Source: an uncultured Clostridium sp.
Lineage (GTDB): Bacteria; Bacillota_I; Bacilli_A; RF39; UBA660
Reading direction: 5' to 3'
DNA: 54,530 nucleotides
Assembly (NCBI GenBank): GCA_964578175.1
Contig: CAZOBH010000006.1
Location: 1 to 54,530, forward strand
Position numbers and translations under genes: made by a program. This document shows positions 47,563-54,530 of this stretch, in pieces (positions within the stretch are counted from its first letter, which is position 1; every line of letters starts with the position of its first letter). The notes beneath the pieces are model-generated. The model was not told the DNA's origin. It saw nothing but the letters and a program-made list of their open reading frames with translations, and searched no databases.

Positions 47563-48471
47563 TTAAATGTCTTTTTCTTTTGGTTTGGTTTCGCCTTCTA
47601 GATTTAAATTAGCTGTGTGTTTTGGATGTCTTTTTTCAACAGGTAATGTTTCTACCCATTTCTTGCCATCCCATTTTTTTAAACAGTTAGGACCGTACCA
47701 TTCTTTTAATATTTTTTCAATGTTATTATATGAATAAAATTGTCTTCCTTCAAATTCATATAATTTAAAAGGATATACATCTTCTTTTTTAAATACAGGT
47801 TCATGTAAGAATTTTTCCCATGGTACACTTATTGGTTGAGAAACTAATGAACTATTTTCATGACGTCTAGAATATTTATAAGCATACCATCTTATAAATC
47901 TAGATAATAGAGTATGAGGTATTCTTAAATTATCAAGAAGTACATAAATTAACATTAATATTTTTATAAAAGTATAATTTAATTCAAAACCTAATTTATT
48001 TTCTCCAATATTATCATAAATAATTACATCTACAAAAATCCCATTACCTGATTTACATCTATTTTTTAATAAAAAGTTTTCTTCTTCTATCCATGTACCT
48101 CTTTTTCTTACTTTCATAGTAGGTCCATTTATAACATTAAATAGTTTATCATTTTCAAAACATTGGAAATAATATTTATCTGATAAATCTTTATTCATTG
48201 CATCTATAAACTTGTTCCAATCTTCTCTAGGAACTATAACATCTATATCATCATCCCATGGAATAAAACCTTTATAGTTAACTATTCCTAGAGCTGAACC
48301 AGCCATAAGTCCATATTTAACATCGTTTTTAACACAAACTCTATGTATTTCATCCATTATATCTAAGACTTCTAATTGTAAATCTCTTACTGTTATATCT
48401 TTATCTTTAGTATGTTTTAGAATATAAGTATCTTTTTCTCTTATACATCCATTTTTCTTTTCGTTATCCAT
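47563..48471 (-). CDS. LicD family phosphotransferase
   Basis: GSALG..YKGFIPWDDDIDV and FVDVIIYD; AGGTGA precedes ATG 48471 (track start 48480). Confidence 0.88.
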   Translation of the reverse strand: MDNEKKNGCIREKDTYILKHTKDKDITVRDLQLEVLDIMDEIHRVCVKNDVKYGLMAGSALGIVNYKGFIPWDDDIDVIVPREDWNKFIDAMNKDLSDKYYFQCFENDKLFNVINGPTMKVRKRGTWIEEENFLLKNRCKSGNGIFVDVIIYDNIGENKLGFELNYTFIKILMLIYVLLDNLRIPHTLLSRFIRWYAYKYSRRHENSSLVSQPISVPWEKFLHEPVFKKEDVYPFKLYEFEGRQFYSYNNIEKILKEWYGPNCLKKWDGKKWVETLPVEKRHPKHTANLNLEGETKPKEKDI

Positions 48472-48564
48472 TATTTTCACCTAGTATTAATTTAGCATAA
48501 TCCATATAAAAATAAAATATTTATTTATTTTAATTAAAGTAGTATAATAACGTCGGTGAGTTAA

Positions 48565-51453
48565 GTGAAAAGGGAAAAATTAGTTGATATTATTAATATA
48601 TTATTCTTAATTTTATTGTTCTTTATTATGTTTATAATATTAACAAGAAACACGAATGTTTTTGGAGCAGTAAAAGATTGGAATCATCAACACTGGGTAT
48701 TCCCAGAATATTTTAGAAATTTATTTTATAAAAATCATGATTTGTTACCTGATTTTGCTTTTAATATAGGTAGTGGTCAAAATATATATAATTTTGCATA
48801 TTTTGGATTATTAAATCCAATTATTTTATTTTCATATTTATTACCATTTATATCTATGAGAGATTATATTATTGGTTCAGCTATTTTTATGTTATTACTT
48901 GGTGTTATATTTATGTATTTCTTTATAAAAAAGAAAAGTAATAGTAAGGTTGCATTCTTAACTAGTTTCTTTTTTATGATGGCAACTCCATTAATATTTC
49001 ATACTCATAGACATATTATGTTTGTTGATTATATGCCATTTCTTATTATGGCTTATTTTGGAGTAGATAGGTTTTTTGAGAAGAATAAAAAAATTTTATT
49101 ATCTATAAGCGTATTCTTAATGATAATGACGAGTTTCTATTACAGTGTATCTGGAATATTTTCTATTATTATTTATGGTATATTTGTTTATCTAAATAAA
49201 ATAGACAGATTTAAATTTAAAAGTTTTGTTATCGATGGCATTAAATTCGTAATTCCAATACTTATAGGTGTATTATTATCTGGGGTATTAATAGTTCCTA
49301 CTATGTATGGATTGCTAGCTGGAAGAAGTGGAGATAAATCTAGTATAGATTTATTAAGTCTATTTATACCTAATCTTAAAATAAATAACTTTTTATATAG
49401 TTCTTATTCATTAGGTCTATCATTTATTGGATTCTTTAGTTTAATTAGATCATATTTTGATAATGATAAATCATATAAATTTTTATCAATAATTTTAACA
49501 GTATTATTATCATTTCCGTTATTTGCATATATTTTAAATGGTACTCTTTATACAGAACTTAAAGTATTTATTCCATTTATTCCATTATTTATGATTTTAA
49601 TTAGTAAGACTTTATCTAATATTAATAAACATGATTTTAAATATTTTAGATTATCTGTATTTTTTATTTCTATTGTATCTATATTTGACTTTCAATATTT
49701 TATACCATTAGTTTTAGATATATTCTTCTTATATATATGTCTATATTTGGTTATAACTAATAAAAAAATATTATATCTTTTATTTGAAATACCAGTAATA
49801 TTTATATTTGCTTGTTGTTTTAATTTTGGAGAGAAATATGTAAAACTAGATAAACATGATGATTTTGCTAATTATCTAGAAAAAATAGATGATGATTCAT
49901 TCTATAGAGTAAATATTATTAATGATAATCTAGATTCAGTTAATAGAATATATAAATCTCAATATTATCAAGGGTATATTTATTCATCAGCCTCAAATTA
50001 TAATTATAAAGACTTTTATTATAAAATAGGTAATAATATTAGACATCGTAGCTATGGTATGCTTAATGACTCAGAAAACATTTTCTATAACATCTATATG
50101 GGAAATAAATATATTATTAAAAAAGATGGATTAGATTCTAGTTTTTACAAAAAGATTAATAACGGTATATATGAATATGATAATGTTTTACCTATTGCGT
50201 ATTTAAATTATGATTTAATGAGTAAAAATGATTATTCTAAATTAGAATTCCCTGATAATAGTTATGCTCTTTTAAAATATACAATAGTGGATGAAGATGT
50301 TAAATCAAACTATGAATCAGTATTTGAAAAGATAGATCTTGATTATGATGTTATTTATAATAGTTCTAATATAAATAGTTATAAATTTAATAATAAAAAA
50401 GAATCAACTATAATACTTAAAATAAATAATAATATTAAAGATAAAGTATTAATAATAGATTTTGATATGAATAAACAAGAATCTTGTTCTTTAGGTGATA
50501 CTAGTATTAGTATTAATGGAATAGTTAATAAGTTAACTTGTAAAGATTGGAAATATCAAAATAAGAATAATAATTTTAAATATGTAATATCTGATAATAA
50601 AAATGAATTAATAATCAAATTATCTAAAGGACATTTCGATATAGATAATATCAATGTATATACTTTAGATAATAAATATTTAAAAGATATTAACTCTAGT
50701 ATTGATGAATTAGTAATAGATAAAAATAAAACAAAAGGAGATTTTATCTATGGAAGTATTAATGCATCAAGGAATGGTATTGTAAGTACTAGTATTACTT
50801 ATGATAAAGGATTTAATATTTATGTAGATGGTGATAAAATAGATGCACTTGAAGTTGATTCTGACTTCTTGGGATTTAAAATTGATAAAGGAACACATCA
50901 AATCAAGATAGAGTATAAGTCTCCATATAAAAATATTGGTATTATTATATCTATTATTGGTCTTATTCTTTTAGGAGGGTATTTTATGATATTTATAATA
51001 GACTTTATAGGTCTATGTTTACAAGAATTAAAAGAACCTAAAACTAAGTTAGGTAAATTATATTTTAAATATAAAGAAATTATTAATTATTTAATAGTTG
51101 GTGGATTAACAACAGTAGTTAGTTTATTATCTTATTATTTATTTAGAGTATTTATAAGCAATTATCAAATATGTACTGTTTTATCATGGATTTGTGCTGT
51201 ATTATTTGCATATATAACTAATAGAATATTCGTATTTGAAAGTAAAAATAAAAATATTATAAAAGAAATGAGCAAGTTCTTTAGTGCAAGAATATTAACA
51301 CTTTTATTTGAAATGTTATTTATGTTTATTACTGTTAGTTTAATTCATATAAATGATAGAATAGCTAAATTAGTTGTACAAGTTTTTATAGTTATATTTA
51401 ATTATATAATTAGTAAGTTTATAGTATTTACAAAAAATAAAGAGAAGAATTAA
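48565..51453 (+). CDS. YfhO family GT-C glycosyltransferase fused in frame to a GtrA-like flippase domain
   Basis: DWNHQH..F...SGQN (YfhO N-terminus), SITYDKGFNIYVDG (YfhO C-terminus); EIINYLIVGGLTTVVS...FAYITNRIFVF...NYIISKFIVF (GtrA). Confidence 0.85.
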   Translation: MKREKLVDIINILFLILLFFIMFIILTRNTNVFGAVKDWNHQHWVFPEYFRNLFYKNHDLLPDFAFNIGSGQNIYNFAYFGLLNPIILFSYLLPFISMRDYIIGSAIFMLLLGVIFMYFFIKKKSNSKVAFLTSFFFMMATPLIFHTHRHIMFVDYMPFLIMAYFGVDRFFEKNKKILLSISVFLMIMTSFYYSVSGIFSIIIYGIFVYLNKIDRFKFKSFVIDGIKFVIPILIGVLLSGVLIVPTMYGLLAGRSGDKSSIDLLSLFIPNLKINNFLYSSYSLGLSFIGFFSLIRSYFDNDKSYKFLSIILTVLLSFPLFAYILNGTLYTELKVFIPFIPLFMILISKTLSNINKHDFKYFRLSVFFISIVSIFDFQYFIPLVLDIFFLYICLYLVITNKKILYLLFEIPVIFIFACCFNFGEKYVKLDKHDDFANYLEKIDDDSFYRVNIINDNLDSVNRIYKSQYYQGYIYSSASNYNYKDFYYKIGNNIRHRSYGMLNDSENIFYNIYMGNKYIIKKDGLDSSFYKKINNGIYEYDNVLPIAYLNYDLMSKNDYSKLEFPDNSYALLKYTIVDEDVKSNYESVFEKIDLDYDVIYNSSNINSYKFNNKKESTIILKINNNIKDKVLIIDFDMNKQESCSLGDTSISINGIVNKLTCKDWKYQNKNNNFKYVISDNKNELIIKLSKGHFDIDNINVYTLDNKYLKDINSSIDELVIDKNKTKGDFIYGSINASRNGIVSTSITYDKGFNIYVDGDKIDALEVDSDFLGFKIDKGTHQIKIEYKSPYKNIGIIISIIGLILLGGYFMIFIIDFIGLCLQELKEPKTKLGKLYFKYKEIINYLIVGGLTTVVSLLSYYLFRVFISNYQICTVLSWICAVLFAYITNRIFVFESKNKNIIKEMSKFFSARILTLLFEMLFMFITVSLIHINDRIAKLVVQVFIVIFNYIISKFIVFTKNKEKN

Positions 51454-51471
51454 AATTTCTTCTCTTTATTT
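51435..51471. terminator. Bidirectional terminator containing both convergent stop codons
   Basis: AAATAAAGAGAAGAA-TTAAAAT-TTCTTCTCTTTATTT. Confidence 0.75.
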
Positions 51472-52316
51472 TTATTCTCTGATTCAGTATTTACTTCATC
51501 TAATCTTATTTTTTTATATGAGTCGTTAACTAATCCATTAAATGAACTATCAGTAGGATTATCCATTCTATTTAAAGTTCTATAAAAGAAGTTATTACTA
51601 TTTAAGAATAAGTTAAGACCAGGAATATTTCCATTTAATTCACTTGTTACATATGTAAGTAAATCTCTAGATCTTTTATGTGATAACAATTGTTCCATTA
51701 AAGAGTCGTATTCACCTTTTTTTATAAAATCTCTAGATAAGTAATCATGTAACATTCCAGAATAGGCAACTACTACTAACTCTCCATCTTCGTTTGGAGT
51801 TTGAGTTAAATTTATATAATTACTTTTTTTACCAAATCTTTCAAGAGATGAAAATCTTTTAATTGTATATGGTCTAACCCCAACATAAGATTGATCTTCA
51901 AAATCTATAAATCTAAATACTTCTTGGTCATCTTTCTTTCTTCTTATGTAATATCCGATACTATAATCAGATAGTTGCAATGATACTTCACCATATTCTG
52001 AATCTGTACTTTTAATTCTAAATATATAATTGCTTACTCCGTAAGAGTTACTCGATTCAATTGTTTTAGAAACAATAGTTCCATCAAATGTTCTTTCTTC
52101 TTTTGTTAAACTTATTCCTTCAGTTCTATCATTTTTTACAAATTTAAAAGAAAAAGATCCATCACTAGTTCTATAATTAGTTCCATTATTATATAAAGGA
52201 ATCATGTTACCTTCGTTATCAACAACAAAAGTTTCATCATTATTACTTTTTATTGAATAACCTAGTAATGTAAATAGATCTTCATAACTATAATAAATAT
52301 CTTCTATTTTTTTCAT
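51450..52316 (-). CDS. Hypothetical protein (orphan)
   Basis: GGGGAGA before ATG 52316 (track start 52340); no motif recognised. Confidence 0.7.
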   Translation of the reverse strand: MKKIEDIYYSYEDLFTLLGYSIKSNNDETFVVDNEGNMIPLYNNGTNYRTSDGSFSFKFVKNDRTEGISLTKEERTFDGTIVSKTIESSNSYGVSNYIFRIKSTDSEYGEVSLQLSDYSIGYYIRRKKDDQEVFRFIDFEDQSYVGVRPYTIKRFSSLERFGKKSNYINLTQTPNEDGELVVVAYSGMLHDYLSRDFIKKGEYDSLMEQLLSHKRSRDLLTYVTSELNGNIPGLNLFLNSNNFFYRTLNRMDNPTDSSFNGLVNDSYKKIRLDEVNTESENKNKEKKF

Positions 52317-52438
52317 ATAATCTCCCCAATACAAGACCATATAATATTACTAAGTTTAGGTAAAGTCAATTTACAATTAACTTCAAATTTGATTTAATAG
52401 AGTTATAAAGCATTTTTTATAATTATAGGGAGGTTGTA

Positions 52439-53035
52439 ATGAGAGAAATTAAAATTCCAGCAGATTTTACTTTTGAACAAATGGTTGAAAAATTAAAAGA
52501 AAGTGGTCCGGGGTGTTATGCTCATTTTAATGGAGTAGATATTCATTCTGATAATATAACACTTGATAGTGCTGCAATGACTTTATCTGGATTTAATTAT
52601 TCAGATTTTAAAAAAATAATGAGTGAATTAGATTCGATAAAAGGTCACGAAGTAGAAGTAATTGATAATCTTTCTAAAATGGCAGAAAAAGTAGTTATAC
52701 CTGAAAAATTAGAAATGTTTAAAACTGATTTAAAAGATATAGTTATGGATGACCCATTTAATGCTATTATTTCTAAAAAGGCATTAGATATTATTGCTGT
52801 ATTAAATGATGATTTGAATAGTGGTGTTGAAGCATTTAATAGCGACTCTTTTTCTAAAAATAGAGTTGCAAGTTCTGTTATTAGGAGTTTGGTTTTAGAT
52901 TATTCTATTAATGGAGCAGATTTCTATGAAATTACAACTTCACAAGAATTAACTGATTATGAAAAAAAGAAAATAGATAGTTTAAGAGATAATAATAAAT
53001 TATTAGGAGGAGAAAATGAAGGAAAGAGGATTTGA
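52439..53035 (+). CDS. Hypothetical protein (orphan)
   Basis: GGGAGG RBS; 198 aa; overlaps the dut start. Confidence 0.7.
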   Translation: MREIKIPADFTFEQMVEKLKESGPGCYAHFNGVDIHSDNITLDSAAMTLSGFNYSDFKKIMSELDSIKGHEVEVIDNLSKMAEKVVIPEKLEMFKTDLKDIVMDDPFNAIISKKALDIIAVLNDDLNSGVEAFNSDSFSKNRVASSVIRSLVLDYSINGADFYEITTSQELTDYEKKKIDSLRDNNKLLGGENEGKRI

Positions 53036-53471
53036 AATAGCTAAAGGATATGAAGATAAGGATATACATATTCCTGAAAGAAAAACAGCTCATTCTGCAG
53101 GATATGATGTAGAAGCAGCTGAAGATATAACTATTCCTATGTATAAACCCGGAATTAAACCTACTTTAATTCCAACTGGATTAAAAGCATATTGTATGGA
53201 AGATGAGTGCTACTTATTACTTAATAGAAGTAGTGGACCTAAAAAAGGATTTTTAATGGCTAATAGTGTTGGTTTAATTGATAGTGATTACTATGGTAAT
53301 GAAGATAATGATGGACATTTTTATTTTTCTTATTTTAACTGTAGTGATCATGATATAGAAGTTAAAAAAGGAGATATTATTGGTCAAGTAGTATTTATGA
53401 AATACTTGGTTTGTGATGGAGACAATGCAACTGGAGTACGTAAGGGTGGATTTGGATCAACTGATAAATAA
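53016..53471 (+). CDS. dut: dUTP diphosphatase (trimeric)
   Basis: AGYDV, NRSS, GLIDSDYYG and RKGGFGST. Confidence 0.93.
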   Translation: MKERGFEIAKGYEDKDIHIPERKTAHSAGYDVEAAEDITIPMYKPGIKPTLIPTGLKAYCMEDECYLLLNRSSGPKKGFLMANSVGLIDSDYYGNEDNDGHFYFSYFNCSDHDIEVKKGDIIGQVVFMKYLVCDGDNATGVRKGGFGSTDK

Positions 53472-53476
53472 AAGAA

Positions 53477-54118
53477 TCACTTGTATAAAATAGTGATTCT
53501 TTTTCCTTTTATTTCTATTAATCCTTCTTCTTTCATATATGATAATTCACGAGATAAAGCACTTCTATCTGTTGCTAAATATAAAGCTAGATCATTATAA
53601 GTAGAAGGTATATAAATATTTCTTGAATGATTCTTTCCATATTCAATATTAAAATATTCTAGTAATTTGTTTCTTATTGTTTTTTTTGAAAGTATTCTTA
53701 TTCTTTCGTTTTTTTCTTTTACTCTTTCATTTACTATATCAAATATATTCATTAAGAATGTATTAAAATATCTATAATTTGTATTCTCATAGTTAAATAA
53801 ACGATCATAGTCAATTATAATAACCTCATTATCTTCAGTTGCTATTATTTCATGATCATAATTGTCAATAGATGACAATATTGATCCGAAAATTGAACCT
53901 TTTTCTAATTCTTCAATTTTATTCTTTTCACCGTTGTAATTTATACGAATTATTTCAGCATAACCACTTGAAATAATGCCAATTATATTGTCAAATTTAA
54001 TTGTCGATAACATAGTTTGACCTTTTTTATATTTGTAAATATGAACTTCTAATAACTGTAAAATTTTTTTTCTTTCTTTTTCAGAAATGCCTAAAAATGG
54101 GTCTTTCACATTCATCAC
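53477..54118 (-). CDS. Crp/Fnr family transcriptional regulator
   Basis: cNMP-like beta-barrel (SGYAEI, GSIFG) and HTH LALYLATDRSALSREL; exact start uncertain (54118, 54115 or 54109). Confidence 0.88.
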   Translation of the reverse strand: MMNVKDPFLGISEKERKKILQLLEVHIYKYKKGQTMLSTIKFDNIIGIISSGYAEIIRINYNGEKNKIEELEKGSIFGSILSSIDNYDHEIIATEDNEVIIIDYDRLFNYENTNYRYFNTFLMNIFDIVNERVKEKNERIRILSKKTIRNKLLEYFNIEYGKNHSRNIYIPSTYNDLALYLATDRSALSRELSYMKEEGLIEIKGKRITILYK

Positions 54119-54144
54119 CTAAAAAAATTTTAACATAAGATGTA

Positions 54145-54166
54145 AAATGTTGCAAATGCAACATTT
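54145..54166. promoter_or_regulatory. Perfect palindrome, candidate Crp/Fnr-family operator
   Basis: AAATGTTGCA-AA-TGCAACATTT, i.e. TGTTG-N6-CAACA, between the divergent regulator and nrdD. Confidence 0.65.
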
Positions 54167-54226
54167 ATTTTTATTTTTGATGTGCTATACTCAATTCGTA
54201 ATAGAAAAAATTGGAGGTAGTCATTT

Positions 54227-54529
54227 ATGAAAATAATTAAGAGGGATGGGCATGTAGTTGACTATATGCCAGAGAAAATTGAGAATGCTATTCAAAAAGC
54301 AAACTTAGAAGTACTTGAAGAAGATAGAGTCTCAGATGTACAAATTAAAAATATAATCAAATATATTGAAAATTTGCACAAAAAAAGAATGTTAGTTGAA
54401 GATATTCAAGACATAATCGAAATGAGATTAATGTCACTTGGAAAATACGCTTTAGCTAAACAATATATTACTTACAGATATACTAGAGAATTAGTAAGAA
54501 AAAGTAATACTACAGATTTAACTATTAAA
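54227..54529 (+). CDS. nrdD: Partial ATP-cone protein, most likely the N-terminus of anaerobic ribonucleoside-triphosphate reductase
   Basis: Not in the ORF track; GGAGG RBS; MKIIKRDGHVVDYMPEKIENAIQKA...VEDIQDIIEMRLM...AKQYITYRYTRELVR; runs off the window, so identity as NrdD rather than another ATP-cone protein is not proven. Confidence 0.7.
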   Translation, partial: MKIIKRDGHVVDYMPEKIENAIQKANLEVLEEDRVSDVQIKNIIKYIENLHKKRMLVEDIQDIIEMRLMSLGKYALAKQYITYRYTRELVRKSNTTDLTIK

Positions 54530-54530
54530 G

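Noticed and set aside
43095-51471. Recurrent TTAAAT-loop hairpins as attC-like cassette sites
   Set aside because: At 43101, 47562 and 51450 the loop simply contains a stop codon, and the stems are unrelated in sequence; AT-richness explains the rest.
1-54530. Alternative genetic code (TGA=Trp) as in Mollicutes
   Set aside because: Conserved genes translate fully with TGG for Trp, and TGA serves as a stop (e.g. 9659-9661).

Overview
Very AT-rich chromosomal segment of a low-GC Bacillota genome using the standard code (TGA is a stop). Gene style suggests an uncultured, reduced-genome Bacilli lineage such as RF39 (inference). Contents: a wall-teichoic-acid-type cluster (three TagF/TagB-family proteins, tagD, acyltransferase, later licD and a YfhO-GtrA fusion), a Dlt-like A-domain/ACP/MBOAT/SGNH acylation operon, housekeeping genes (lon, uppP, P-type ATPase, glyA, deoD, rpmG, efp, dut, start of nrdD), three tRNAs and many interspersed orphans. 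No integrase, transposase, CRISPR array or reverse transcriptase was seen. Main observations: (1) a 325-nt 5' leader with two Arg-run uORFs, the first coupled to a transcription attenuator and the second to an SD-sequestering translational switch, upstream of an M20 hydrolase-GNAT-B3/4 operon that may handle arginine or arginine analogues such as canavanine; (2) two tandem type IV pilin-like genes with an apparently identical 1670-bp 5' region, 3 versus 26 Cys-rich repeats and unrelated tip domains, plus an orphan 49-bp fragment of the same gene behind tRNA-Ser; (3) three proteins sharing a VirB2/TrbC-like membrane hairpin and coiled coil, fused to different cell-wall enzyme domains; (4) a DltA-like adenylation domain lacking the amino-binding Asp; (5) a second leader-peptide attenuator before an ABC exporter. 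All pairings and alignments were done by eye, with no folding software or database search.
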